Shown: positions 49,198 through 63,858, numbered from the whole stretch's first letter. The stretch is 63,858 bases of DNA, filler included, from Squatina squatina (GCA_031763465.1; 4 parts of 4 records of this genome joined end to end with filler, not necessarily neighbours in it); one strand, 5' to 3'. Notes: generated by a model not told the origin, from the sequence alone. Numbers and translations: made by a program.

Positions 49198-49511
49198 AAA
49201 AAAAAACTTTGAACATCTGAAGGGATAAAGTATTAACAAGCAAACCAGAACAGTATAGCAATCATCAAGGCTAACAGAACTGTGCACTGATCAGTGTCAA
49301 GTGAGCTTTGAATCATTCCATTAACTGCTACAACATGAAATGTATGGGCTCTACAAATGAAGTGCTGCATTGAATTCAATACAACAAATGCTTAAAGGGA
49401 TAAAATTAGCGTTTAGGATAAATTCCACTGAAACATTGATATTTATATTCTTTTCTGTTCTATGAACAAAATAATTGCCTGGCTCAAAACATAGCAGTTT
49501 AGTGCAGGTTA

Positions 49512-49724
<213 letters not shown>

Positions 49725-50556
49725 CTAGAAAAATAAGATATACATTTTTTTTCCCCTCCAAAGAGTCATTGCATGCCAAGTCACTTGCACCCCAAAATAG
49801 AATAAATAATCCATGCACACGCCATTTAAACACAATCGGTAGGTTTACCGATCTTCTGTATTATTCTCTCCTGTAAAATACATCAGATAAGACATTCCAT
49901 GCAGCGATCTGGAAATTCAAACTTCTGAAGTTTTGGAAACTGCTTACACTTACAACAGAATACTGGGCCTGATCAGAAATTGTGTCACTGATTCACTTGC
50001 TTGTCAACAAACTGTCATTTGTGGGTAATATGCTTGAATGATTGGTCTATCACACAAATAAAAGTGTCAATTGTTAGCAAGCATCCCATTTCTGCACCAC
50101 ATTGTTGAATAAAAAGCTCAGTGGTGCCAGTCTCCCTGTTCTCAAAACACTAATAAGCAGTGCCTTCCAATCCTAGAAATAGTGTATGTAATGTTCCATC
50201 ATAATTTGAGTTATAGAAGTTAATTTTTCTGCTAGTTTTCTAGGTGGATCCACTTACTAAGTGTGTGTGAATACTTGCTACATTCACGGTTAGGGAAAAC
50301 AAAATGCAAGTGGCCAGAAAGGTTAATNNNNNNNNNNNNNNNNNNNNNNNNNNNNNNNNNNNNNNNNNNNNNNNNNNNNNNNNNNNNNNNNNNNNNNNNN
50401 NNNNNNNNNNNNNNNNNNNNNNNNNNNACAATATGCTTCTCATAGATAAGTGACACGCTATGCAACCCTCCTTATACTATATTGTGCTCTTGCTAAATAT
50501 TATTGCAAAACATCTAAACAATGACAGCCAGCACTACTAGCAACACAACTACCTTA

Positions 50557-51805
<1,249 letters not shown>

Positions 51806-54800
51806 CTATAAACAAAAAGAAAAAAGTAGTGTTAAGTAATGGATCCACAGTCTTTGTATCAAACAATNNNNNTCAATTTTTCACTGCATTCACTTTAGAG
51901 GCAGGGAGAAAACAAACCAGCTAATAGTCCTGTAGGTTTGTGATTCTCTTGGCTTAATGGTACAGGATATTGGAAATGTGTTGCGGAGACTGCAAGGTAT
52001 ATACGTGCCGATCAGCTAAATATTTTCTTGTGCGAGGTGTGCGTCTCCCCCTGCTTTTCTGGCTTTACAACCAAAGCAGTCTAAACAGTGACAGGAACCT
52101 TCTTGGAATGTTGGCGCTGTCGTACAAACCAGAGCACAGCAGCCACTTCTATTTAAAGATCTGAGTATTAGATTACAAGCTTTTGGAGATTAGGGAGGGG
52201 GCTGGAGAAACGCGGATAAAAGGAACTGAAAAAATTAAATCAAGGTTACAATACATACGAGACCTACTTGCTGACCTGGACAATATTGGAAATTAAGCTA
52301 TTCAATTTCAATTTGTACGACTAGGGCATTTTGTGCACCTGCATATTCAGCATAATCTTTCTCTACAACATGCATGTTTAAATTTACTTTTGCATCAAGT
52401 CATTTATTATACAGAAATCGAACTGAACAGAACAATGCATACCGTCACACTTGAGTTTGTATCAAAACATTAGTTATATTGAAAATGGTTCCAGTTCCAT
52501 AATTTACCTAATGAAATGTGCATTACAAATATATTTGTAAAATACTTGGACCCATCTGTGGACAAAACAAAATCAGCAGTCACAAAAAATAAGGTTTTAA
52601 ACTAGTTGTGGACAAAACACTACAGAAAATATATCACTTGAATGGGACTTTTGAAATTTTAAAAATCCATTGTTACCACAATTAGTAAGCAGATTTGCAC
52701 CATTTCTCCACAATGCCTATCCAGTAACCAAAGATAGTACCATTATTATTTTATATGCAGTTAGATGTTTACAGCACTACATCAGTACATTCACCATTGG
52801 TAGTTTGGCGACAACACGAAGTTTGAAGAGAAAGATTTGTTCAGTGGTGAAGCAAAAAAACCCCACTACCGGTGCTATTTCAGTGCTGAAACTAGAATTA
52901 CAGTTTGGGCAGCATGGGAAAGTGTGATATTTAATTGCTGCCTGTGTGATTTCTATGATGGCTGCCTTGAAGCTCTGGATACAAGATTGATTCCCACTCA
53001 AATCAGACCCTCTCTTGTTGCCCAAGAATAAGAAATGCCTCTTACAATCAAGAAGCAACGATGTCCAGATTGATCATATAGCTCGGTGTAATGTTTGCAT
53101 AAACAAAATGAACCAAAAAATGTCTTAAATTCTGAGTTATTTAGCACACCATGTGCATTAATAATCTAAAATAATTCAAGTCATTTTGCAGTTATGACCC
53201 TTTATTTTTCAAGTTCTACCCCCCTCCCAATTATCAGGCATATAAATCTTAATGGAATAAACTTAATCAAGCACAAAATAAATCTTTCAGCTCCTCTGGG
53301 TTAAATATTAAGCAGGGTAAGCACTTCAAATTTACCCAAATCTCCCCTTCTGGATTTAATGCATGACAGAACAGATGGTTCTTAGAAAGGGATAAGCAAG
53401 TAGACATGTCCAAAATTTGCATTTCATTTTTGAAGCAAAAATTAGATTTAGAATGAGCTATTTCTTAGTCCTACCATGAATGTGTCCATTAATTGAGTTG
53501 TGAGGCCACTATCTCCGTTTAATGAACTTCCACATACCAAAGAGCATCTTATATGAATCTTATTCTGATTTCAGGGGTTAACAAACAAAATGTGAATATT
53601 GTTATGTCTGACCTCATTCTTACTGTTTACAAGTGACCAAACTGTTCAATACAAGATGGAAGTGTTCTTGTCAGGATCAGAAAGTTAAAGAAGAGTTTTC
53701 AGAATCATTGCTGTTTACAGCTTGGTTTAAATGCTGAAACACATCTATGATCACTCTTTGGCCAAACTTCATGATTCTAGCTCAGCACAACGCCTATATT
53801 TCTTCTGCAACCTTATTTAACTTTTTAACTTTCTGATCCAAAGGCAGCGATTTCCTCTTGCAGATAGGTGGTTTGATCACTGATAAACACCGAGATTCAG
53901 AAAACCCTTAACAAGTATTCGAAATGTGTTTCCAAATTTAGTTAGTAAAACATTGTGGAAAATTTTCATGAAAGACAACAGATATAGTCGATTATTTCTA
54001 GGTAGTTTAAAAAAAGTTTCCTCATTTGAGCTACAAAAAAAACTATATCTGATTGCCATGTAGCTCAGTATCTTTACAGTGCGTAAATAAGTGTGTAATT
54101 AATTTTCCAGTCAAGCTTCCTGTAAAATGGTCAGAGGATAGATCAGTCCATTTAATATTTTCTTAATTTAAAAGACTCTGAAGCAAACCTTTGAAGACTG
54201 CCGCAGAATTTTGGTACTTTAAAATATGCAGCTTGCTTACAGCTTTGTGCCAAGAAAACATTTTTATGGTTCCATACAATAAATTTATTTTCCTGATTCA
54301 TAAAGGCTTGTGAGAGAAATGAAATTCAGTTTGCATTTGTATGTTAAGCTGTATGTAATATTTGTAAAAGCCACTTAACTCAATACAGAACACTCGTGAT
54401 ATAAAAAAAACAAAAAGGTCTTTCACGAAAAGATATTGATGTGCAATTGGTCCAAACAGCTAATGTGTTGTTTGGGAGAACATTGATCAGTGAATGCAAA
54501 ATATTCAGTGCTCAAAAAGGTAAAACAAAGTCAATAGTACCTTATCAGACTCGCACATAAGAGGAATACTAAGTCTAACTGATTAATTGGAGAACAAATA
54601 GGGATTTAGGAAAGATTTCTATCTACTAGGAATCTGGTAAATATGCATATAAATAGAGTGCTACAATTTACAAAATAAATGAAGTTTTTTTACATTTTGC
54701 ACCAATACATTCTTGAATTGTCCTGTGTTTTTGCACTTCGGACATCAAACACTCAGCTATACATTTGCTATAAACCTGCTGTTGGCCTACAGAAGTCAAT

Positions 54801-55056
54801 TCCTGCCGACTTAACATAAACCTTCAAAAAAGGCTCGCAACATGATGTTTGGGGGATTACTCACGAAGGTGTACGTGGTCCTTTGTTGGTTTGGGGCTTG
54901 TATGTGAATGAGTGGGTGCAGCTCTTGTACAGATACTGATAGCAAACCATTTGGGGNNNNNNNNNNNNNNNNNNNNNNNNNNNNNNNNNNNNNNNNNNNN
55001 NNNNNNNNNNNNNNNNNNNNNNNNNNNNNNNNNNNNNNNNNNNNNNNNNNNNNNNN

Positions 55057-56020
55057 ACCCCATAGCGCAGCCCCGCGACCCCCATTTGCATCGCTGGCAA
55101 TCCGCAACTGGAATTGGTCCGTGGCTCACCGGCAAGGCCCGCGTCGTTGGCAACAACAGTTAAAGAGGAGACGCTAACGTCGCTGGCCGCCATTTTTTCA
55201 CATTGGCCTACTTCCGCGTCAACCGGTCGGCCCCTAGTGACGCTGCCGACATTTGCCGGCATGTTCTCTGGCGTACTGGCCTTTTCCACCTCCCACCCGG
55301 CTCCCTGGCAGTCCAGTGGCGGGCCCCGGGGCTCCGTCGCCTCAGCCGACGGCCCTCCCCTTTAACACAGGGGGGCGGGGCCACAGCTGACGCCAGCGCG
55401 CTAGTCTCGGCAACATGGCGCTAACCACGTTGCCAATGCTAGGCTGCATTCGCCGGCTGAGCGCCAAGTCAGTGCTAGGTCAGCGCTTCATTAGGGCTGC
55501 CTCGGTGTGCTGACCCGAAAAAAAACAACAAAGCTCCCAATTGGGGGGTCGGAAGACAACGCTCTGGGGCCGGCGCTAAAGTCGCAAGCCTCGGACCAGT
55601 TCACCCCCACCCGACTCTGGCGCTGACCAATTGGGCCCCCATTAAAAAAAATGTACAAAATGTCTAATTAAGTTGGATTTTAATTAATTTTAAATATGTA
55701 AACTAATTTTTTCACTTATTTAATACATTTTTGTTTTTTTGGTTGTGTGATTGGTCGGCCCGCCCACGCGATCCCAGAGACGCTTGCGAAGCACCAGCTT
55801 TCCTGGGACACGTGGTCTTCTACGCTGGCCTTCGCATAGAGACCCAGGACCAGATGTCTGTGAAATTCCCGGGACCCAAGGTAACTTCGTAAAAAAAATT
55901 CTGGTCGGAGGCATCCATCGGCGGGAAGTCCCCGACCGCAATTGTAGGGCCAATGGGTCTTTGTTTCAGCTTTCTCTCTTACACGTGCCCTAAAAATTTC
56001 ACCGACACACAATTTGTGCC
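55057..56020. mobile_element. One or two CpG-rich non-autonomous DNA transposons (Harbinger-like MITEs)
   Basis: GC-rich blocks with repeated GGCGCT(A) motifs ending in CAATTGGGCCCC (about 55640) and CAATTTGTGCCC (56020). No recognisable protein. Confidence 0.5.
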
Positions 56021-56169
56021 CAGACATCAGTCAAGGATTCCTGAACCAATGCTTCAAGATTTTTCCTAGTGCCCCAAACTGTCAACAAGCAATGGTAATC
56101 CACAGTTCTGACTGACAGATTCTGAAATGAAAATATTAGTTGGTGTACGTAAGAAAATAAAAGCAGACC

Positions 56170-56450
56170 AAATCCGCGACCTCTACCACCGAGAAGGACA
56201 AGGGCAGCAGGGCAACGGGAACACCACCACCTCCAGGTTCCCCTCCAAGTCACACACCTTCCTGACTTGGAAATATATCGCCGTTTCTACATGGTCACTG
56301 GGTCAAAATCCTGGAACTCCCTACTTAACAGCACTGTGGGAGTACCTTCACCACACGGACTGCAGCGGTTCAAGAAGGCGGCTCACCGCCATCTTCTCAA
56401 GAGCAATAAATGCCAGCCTTGCCAACATCCCGTGAATGATTAAAAAAAAA
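56170..56450 (+). mobile_element. Non-LTR retrotransposon 3' end with A-rich tail
   Basis: Same family as 30170-30407; ends ...CAATAAATGCCAGCCTTGCC...CATCCCGTGAATGATTAAAAAAAAA. Confidence 0.8.
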
Positions 56451-57489
56451 CATCATTTCCTAAACACAGGGAAACATAAAATTGACAAAAATGAATATTG
56501 TTACTTTTTTGGGGGAAAAATCCAGCTTAATAAGTAAACACTATAAGAATAGATGTGAAAGAGATTTAGAAATAATTGGCTGTCATAAGCCAGATAAACA
56601 ACAGAGAAATCAAACAAAATTAGGCAATGTGGAAAAGATATGATTTTTTTTTGTACATTTGCTTAACACTCCTGCAAGCAGGAACTGCAAATAAGAAACG
56701 GCAGATGGCAGCTAACAGTGGCATTATTTATGAGTGTCAATGTCATCACGTTTGTTTTGTTCTTGCCAATTGAGGTAATTTGAATGCGATCACAATTGGA
56801 ACTAACACGGCTGTTCCAGATATGGAGCACCTGTCTAAAACAACAAGCTACGAGAGAACTCTCAATGCACCTCCGCTGATGGGAGGCAGCAGAAAAATCT
56901 GCCTCCAGTAATTCGAAAGAATGTGAGTATCTAAAGTGCAAAGGAACGCAGATGGAACGAGAGTGCAAAGAAGACTTCAGTGTTTAAAACAAGGGTATTA
57001 TTTTGGATACTTAAAAAAATCAATAGAGTGTGACGTTTCGGCAAACTTGACTTTTATGAATACCTTCTATCGAAATGATTCATGTCTTTTAGTAAAATGA
57101 AATCACTTTTTATCATGACTCAACCACATGCTGATCAGAAAGGTTCTGAACTGCAGGCACCTGCTGCCAGATAATCTTGCAGATACTGTACATCCAGACG
57201 CATTTAAAAAAAAATAAGTTGCCGAATAAAAGCATTATGTTGTCACAGCACATTGGTGTTCCAGCACACTCACAGTACAACACAAGATCATGCCATGATT
57301 GCACATGTAGCAAGTTGCCAGTTTGTGCCATTGGGCAAAAGCACCAAGGCGTAGCTACTTCTTTAGAGGGAAGAAGGGAAACGTGGCAAGTGAACCACCC
57401 CAGGCTGTTCCTGCACATTCTCTGGTGTCTGGTCCCAGCAGCAGTACGATCAGAGGCCCAAGAACAGGTAAATCAACTGTTAAATTTTT

Positions 57490-57626
57490 GGAATCTGAGG
57501 GAATCAAGGGATATGCGGATCGGGCGGGAAAGTGGAGTTGAGGTCGAAGATCAGCCATGATCTTATTGAATGGCGGAACAGGCTCGAGGGGCCAAATAGC
57601 CTACGCCAGCTCCTAATTTTTATGTC
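57490..57626 (+). mobile_element. CR1-type LINE 3' tail
   Basis: GIKGY-type ORF end, then GATCAGCCATGATCTTATTGAATGGCGG...GGGGCCAAATAGCCTAC. Matches 46584-46697. Confidence 0.8.
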
Positions 57627-58519
57627 CTCAGCCAGGAGCTTGTAACTGTCCCAGGGAGCCCTAAAGGGTGAAAATACAGTGTTAGAAAGGAGAGGGAGAG
57701 CAACTACTTTGATGAAAATAACACCATTTGGTTTGAATGCATAAATTCCATTGATGAATTTGTACAGGAACCCTTTTCCTATTTAATTTAACTAGCTTCA
57801 GATCCCTGTACATTTGGTAAATTGAAGCTTTTGGAGCTCAGTGTTCCACAGCGCATGTTGGCAGAGTTTGAAAGCATTTTATAAATGTGTTGAATTATTT
57901 TTCGGGAGGGATGGGGAATTTCTGAAGCTTCATTTGTTAACTGAAGTAGGACTAGAAGTCAACACCCTCAGGAGTGGTGATTGGAATGCAGTGTGCCTCA
58001 CTGATGAGGCAGGTTTAAATCTCTAAAAATTAGAATGTCAATCATTTTTAACACCGTCAAGAGATAAAATTCCTTCCAAATTGGACAATAAATATTATTG
58101 ATCATTATCAGTTGATTGCTTCACTCTCATATTTGTGATTTAATCCCGCTGTTTAGGCAGTTCAAGCTGCAGTAGCCTTGTCTTATTAGTAAAATGGGGA
58201 GGGATGTCAGTCAATCATGTTGTTCAGGCTATTGTAGTTTGAATTCTTATTGCCAACAATAATGTTGCTTCCCTTATTTCATGTGATTTGTTCCACGGGA
58301 TGATGCCAAAATGAAGACAGTGGCGGCAGCTGGGTGTTTCAATCCATGACATCATTAGTGGAACAGTCCATTGAGAAAAAGGGGATACATATTTAGCAAT
58401 TCAAGACCTTGGAAAGAGAGAGTTACTTGAGGAAGGATTTTTGGCCAACCCTTTTCTGTTTCTGAGGGACAAGAGACCTTTGTCATTTTCTCAACAATTA
58501 TATCAATCTCATCATAATA

Positions 58520-58624
58520 CAAAAGCAAAATACTGCGGATGCTGGAATTTGAAAGAAAAACAGAACATGCTAGAAATACTCACCAGGTCAGGAGAAAGAA
58601 AAACAGAGTTAACATTTCAGGTCG
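58520..58624. repeat. Short interspersed repeat (probable Penelope terminal sequence)
   Basis: AAAAGCAAAATACTGCGGATGCTGGAA...AGAACATGCT(A/G)GAAATACTCA motif, with related copies near 7290-7350, 18130-18160 and 59948-60040. Confidence 0.5.
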
Positions 58625-58934
58625 NNNNNNNNNNNNNNNNNNNNNNNNNNNNNNNNNNNNNNNNNNNNNNNNNNNNNNNNNNNNNNNNNNNNNNNNNNNN
58701 NNNNNNNNNNNNNNNNNNNNNNNNGCACAGGGAATGTACCCTGAGTCCAGTTTGCACCAGCATGCTGGCACAAACCAATTTCTAGGCAATTGTTTCTGAA
58801 GCCCCACTGATGGCATAAGGTTTTGGAAAATTTCACCCTATAGTTCTAGCATCTCTAATTATAACTAAATTCATAAAATAATTTGTGTATTATTTCAAGG
58901 CAGTTCTGCTAAGGTCTGTGTCAACTGGTGTAGG

Positions 58935-59065
58935 GTATGGTAGCATTGTGGTTATGTTAGTGGACTTGTAATCCAGAGGTCTGGACTAACAATCTGGGGA
59001 TTTGAATTCAAATCCCACCACAGCAGTTTCAAGGTCACCTCAAGCTTGATAAATGACCATAAATC
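58935..59065 (+). mobile_element. tRNA-derived SINE 5' fragment
   Basis: A-box-like GGTAGCATTGTGGTTA and B-box-like GAATTCAAATCCCACCA. Does not fold as a full tRNA. Confidence 0.55.
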
Positions 59066-60039
59066 CTAATGTCAGATAGCCACTAGAACATTAGGAACAA
59101 TATATATTTGTTCTCGGGTGGATACCTGTTCTGTACTTCTTCAACAATTATAATATTCATTGTCCCTTAACCTATTTCATTGCTGAAATCTGCCACACTC
59201 TTCTTTGTCAAAATTTATATTTTGTCTTTTTTTCTGGGCAACTCCTCGATGTATTTCATAAGGCCCCAAAGAATCAATATTCTGTGTTCCCTCCGGCCAA
59301 TGCCACACTCTAAAAATTGAACAACTCTATAGAACATCCCTTGAGCATAATTGAGTTATCCAACCATAAGAGTACAGTCAATCAATGACTGCCTCTCCTG
59401 CGATTGTCCGTTTTATGAGAACAGCTGGAGGTCAGTGAGACATATGCTAATTGTTGTAGCTTTACTCGAAACATGTCCAACAGAGGCTGCAGAAAATAAT
59501 GTAGCTTCTGAATTGTTGATAGCTGCTGCATTGCAGTCACTTTTAAAAATTATTGTTACAAATATTTAGATATTATTTAAAAGTAAACAGACAATTTTAC
59601 ACAAAAGTGAAATGCTGGAATTTCACTTGTTTTCTTTAAAAAAATGTTGTTTGTGTACTTTGGGGTTTGTATCTTTTGCAGCAGCTGTGATTTTTTGTTG
59701 TGTATAATTTCATCTGCCATATAAGCTCATAATAAATACATACTCTGAAGATAGCAGGACTGGTAGATAAGGCGGTTAAGAAGGCATATGGGATACTTTC
59801 CTTTATTAGCCGAGGCATAGAGTGTAAGAGCAGGGAGGTTATGCTTGNNNNNNNNNNNNNNNNNNNNNNNNNNNNNNNNNNNNNNNNNNNNNNNNNNNNN
59901 NNNNNNNNNNNNNNNNNNNNNNNNNNNNNNNNNNNNNNNNNNNNNNNAAAAGAAAATGCTGGAACAAATCAGCAGGTGATCTAAGTATTTCCAGCATTTT
60001 CTATTTTTATTTCAGATTTCCAGTATCTGCTGTATTTTG

Positions 60040-60500
60040 CTGAAGTTATGTTAAACTTGTATATCACCTTGGTTAGAACACATTTGAAGAATTGTGCATA
60101 GTTCTGGTCTCTATTATAAAAAAAAAATAGAGGCATTGGTGAAGGTGTGAAAAAGATTTGCAAAGATGATACCATCTACTGAGAAGATATTTATCAGGAA
60201 AGGCAGAACAGACTGGGGCTGTTTTTCTCTTTTTAAAAAAGAGAGAAATCTGAGGGGTGACCTGATAGAGTCCTTAGATAATGAAAGGGTTTGTTGGGTC
60301 GTCGTAGAGAAAATGTTTCCACTTGTGGGGGTCCAAGACTAGAGGTCATAAATATAAGATTTTCACTGATAAATCCAATAGGGAATTCAGGAGAAACTTT
60401 TTTACCTAAAGACTGGTAAGAATGTGGAACATGCTACAACAAGGAGCAGGTGAGGCAAATAACATGGATGCATTCAAGGGGAAGCTAGATAAGCAGACAA
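60040..60500 (+). mobile_element. CR1-type LINE 3' fragment
   Basis: LYITLVRTHLKNCA, LRGDLIE and KTRGHKYKI-type remnants. An upstream piece of the same ORF lies at 59745-59847. Confidence 0.8.
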
Positions 60501-61247
60501 AACAAGTACCAAGATGCTCCCAATCATCTCACTTCCAATATCAAAGAGAATCTTTACTGGCACTCTGAGGTGCACTGTCAGTGACACCAGCCCTGCCATC
60601 AACCTGTTTCGGAGCTATCAATGACAGACCATAACTTAAGGGTTTCCGCATGCGCCAAATCCCGAAGTTGCGGTCAGTTTCAAAAGCAAATGACAGCGAA
60701 CCCTGCCATTTCGCCGTCATCCTGACTGGAAATTCTAGACCAATAGAGATTCGGCACATGGAAGGGTAGAGTTACAGAAAGAGATTGACAAAATGTGGGT
60801 AAAATAGTTATAACAGGGAGATGAACAAGGGAAATTGTGTGAAAGCTAGAGAAAAGATAGAAAGAAGAAAACATGCAAGAGACAAACCGAAGGACACAAA
60901 TTGAGAGAAAAGTTGCAGGAAGAGAGAAGCTATTTATTTTATCCGTGAGCAACACCGTAATGTATGTATGTGCGTGTGTTGAATATACCAATAACAATAC
61001 ATTCAGAAATGTATCTAATGTATTTAACTTTTCAAAAGTTTTGTAAATACTGAATGTGATTTGCTATTATGGAATGGAAGTCATTGTGATTAACTTCAGT
61101 TATCATTTATGGCAATCCTGTTTCCTGTTGTTAAATTAATTTTCTTTATTCATTTATAGCTGCCCCCTTGATCTCATGAAGCTTTACTTTAGCTGAAAAA
61201 TGTTTGTGAGGTTAGTTAATTGTTTCTTATGATTTCTGCTTTGCTAG

Positions 61248-61373
61248 GCATACGCTTCAGGATGCGACGTAGTGATTCTTGGAAGTGACTTTGAATGTGT
61301 TCAGATCATCCCAGGTGCTAAACAAGGAAACATCCAAGTTGGCTGTGTGGAATGCTCCCTTCAGCAAGGCAGA
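61248..61373 (+). CDS. DMXL2: DMXL2 (rabconnectin-3 alpha) exon 2, 126 nt
   Basis: TTTCTGCTTTGCTAG acceptor and GTATGA donor. Encodes AYASGCDVVILGSDFECVQIIPGAKQGNIQVGCVECSLQQGR (human DMXL2: AYGSGCDIVILANDFECVQIIPGAKHGNIQVSCVECSNQQGR). Linked to MAPK6 as on human 15q21. Not in the ORF track. Confidence 0.92.
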
Positions 61374-62546
61374 GTATGATATTTTTATTTGATCACTCCC
61401 AATAATGTATTGATGAAGGCTTGTCATATTTTTGGGTTTTAGCACTATGTTTTACCTTGTGTCAAAAACTTCTGTGACAGATGCAGTGCATAATACATTT
61501 AGACTTTGTTCATTATGGCTATCTTATGATTGTGCTTTGTCTGAGAAATATTTAACACTATTCTGTCTCAGGATTCCAAATGAACCTTTAGGGACACATC
61601 CTCTAGGTCCAGAGAGCTTAAATGTGGGTATGCAGAACCAAGGCTGGGGGACACCCACATATCTGCAGGGGTACTGGTGAAGTTTAATCAGATAAAACTA
61701 TGCTGTTTACCTGAGCAGATAACTGGTAAGCTTCCTTCTGTTTGAACAGTTTGGACTAACCCTACCAATTGAGACTTTAGCCTGTTGGGTTATCTAGATT
61801 GATTTGGGCATCCTAGCCTTAAGTAAACCGAGATGGCTAGTTGATCATGAGCAGTTCCCTGGAGTACAGTCTGCCTGTTTGGCTCAACTATTGAATTACC
61901 AATTCTGCCCTGGTGGCTTGACTTGNNNNNNNNNNNNNNNNNNNNNNNNNNNNNNNNNNNNNNNNNNNNNNNNNNNNNNNNNNNNNNNNNNNNNNNNNNN
62001 NNNNNNNNNNNNNNNNNNNNNNNNNNNNNNNNNNNNNNNNNNNNNNNNNNNNNNNNNNNNNNNNNNNNNNNNNNNNNNNNNNNNNNNNNNNNNNNNNNNN
62101 NNNNNNNNNNNNNNNNNNNNNNNNNNNNNNNNNNNNNNNNNNNNNNNNNNNNNNNNNNNNNNNNNNNNNNNNNNNNNNNNNNNNNNNNNNNNNNNNNNNN
62201 NNNNNNNNNNNNNNNNNNNNNNNNNNNNNNNNNNNNNNNNNNNNNNNNNNNNNNNNNNNNNNNNNNNNNNNNNNNNNNNNNNNNNNNNNNNNNNNNNNNN
62301 NNNNNNNNNNNNNNNNNNNNNNNNNNNNNNNNNNNNNNNNNNNNNNNNNNNNNNNNNNNNNNNNNNNNNNNNNCCGTATGTGTGACTATATCACAAGTTA
62401 AACCGCAGTGATATTGCATAACACGATGCTTACTGAAGTAAAATTGAATTTTATTGCAGGGAATTGGTGTGACCTCTATTATACACACATGACTATAGGA
62501 CCATGTGAGATCAGTGAATAAATAGCTTTAATTGTGTCATTTTTAG

Positions 62547-62618
62547 ATTGCTGCTTCTTATGGGAACACTGTTTGCATTTTTGAGCCAGTACCTGTAAGC
62601 CATTACAAAAGAAAACCT
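62547..62618 (+). CDS. DMXL2: DMXL2 exon 3, 72 nt
   Basis: TCATTTTTAG acceptor and GTGAGT donor. Encodes IAASYGNTVCIFEPVPVSHYKRKP, continuing exon 2 in frame (human: IAASYGNAVCIFEP). Not in the ORF track. Confidence 0.92.
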
Positions 62619-63858
62619 GTGAGTATTCATCACTTCACCTATTCCTTTAAACACTTATTATAATGTAATCCTTTGTTAATTTTCATTAAGGGTAATGCTA
62701 TTATCCGATAACTTTGTCAACTTAGACTGTAGTTGTAAACTACCGACAGTATCTTAAACTATATTTTCTTCACTTATTTATGTGGCAAGAGAGAGGAAAT
62801 CATAATTTTTTCAGCTAGAACTTTACCATGCACAAATTAAGCGGTTCCACTCTTTGTTTTAAGGTTATTTTTTTGATTTATATCAGTTATGTTACCCCAA
62901 AAAAAAATGTTTTTTCTAAATGTTGGTATCTAAATTTAAGTCACCGCTGGAAGGTCTTTGCATCCTTTGGGTTCTGCTATTGTCCAAAAAAGATAGGCTG
63001 AGGCTTTGCTGCTTAAATAAAATTAACTGGTCTAGAATGGGGAAATTATAGTTTCATCATGGATAACTGAGAAGCATGTCAAGACCACACAAACCTCTTC
63101 CTCATACCAACTCCCAGAAGAGGAACCTTCCAGGAAACCTTGGAGAAAGACTTATTCAGTTCAGTTCAGTTCAGACAAAATCCCCCATTGAATCAAAATC
63201 TGCACTTATGCAGATGTTGCTTTAGTTTTAAACAGTAAACAGCCTGTAGTAAGCTTTATAAAAAAAAAACTTCCAGTGAAATATTTCTCCCTTGCTGCAA
63301 ATCAGGTAACTTCTATCCAACAAGCTGGTACAGTATCTGAGAAAGTAACAGCCAGTAGAGCTTCATACTTGCGCCAGTGCACCAATAATGATCAAACCTG
63401 AAACGTTGAATTCTAGATCTTTGTTGCTTACGCTGAGAAAAGTCAAGTATTCTTGCAAATCTGATGGAACCAAACTCAATAAAAAAGCATCCAGCAGCTA
63501 CTTCTACATTTTAGTCTCCCTCAAAAATGGGAGAAAGATAATTGAAAGATAATCTGCTATGCTGATGCCCCCAATTAGTAGCTGTGCCAGTTTCTTAAAC
63601 TGTGCTGTTTTTAAATGAAGCTAGTATAGGTGTGTTCTCTTTTAATATGACATGGCAGTTGGCATCAGTGGTATTCTGCGTGCATTTAATTCATGTAGTT
63701 TCACAAAAGCCACTAACGAAGTCCGTATAAGGGTAGTATTATGGCACCATACTATACTGCTGCATCATGACAGTTTAATGGTCAGTAGTGGGGAAAATGC
63801 TCGAGTCCATTATAAAAGATGTAATAGCAGAGCACTTGGATAACAGTGACAGGATCGG

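Noticed and set aside
55057-55640. CpG island as the MAPK6 promoter or first exon
   Set aside because: Repeated GGCGCT motifs and a terminus resembling other MITE-like blocks suggest a transposon; no donor or exon could be tied to MAPK6.

Overview
Fragmentary vertebrate genomic DNA, most likely from a cartilaginous fish (shark). This is inferred from Deu-domain SINEs, CR1/L2/Penelope and Harbinger relics, and conserved vertebrate exons. It is not one locus. Three artificial 100-nt spacers (N44-TTAATTAATTAA-N44) at 15590-15689, 30408-30507 and 49098-49197 join four scaffolds, each broken by many 100-N gaps. Scaffold 1 (1-15589) carries an intron-flanked GALNT4-type exon, three GALNT12 exons, and two different GABA-B receptor subunit 2-like N-terminal exons, each with a candidate in-frame upstream start exon. 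Scaffold 2 (15690-30407) has no recognisable host gene, only TE relics, a repeat-structured AT-rich element and CNE-like sequence. Scaffold 3 (30508-49097) carries TMEM38A(-), SMIM7(+), MED26(+) and SLC35E1(+) exons. Scaffold 4 (49198-63858) carries MAPK6/ERK3(-) with a uATG-rich leader and DMXL2(+) exons 2-3. Several exons (SMIM7, DMXL2, MED26 exon 2, the GALNT12 lectin exons) are absent from the ORF track and were read directly from the sequence. Gene calls rest on remembered human protein sequences and splice-site logic, not database searches. The best lead is the tandem pair of divergent GABA-B2-like N-termini, followed by the intron-containing GALNT4-like gene next to GALNT12.
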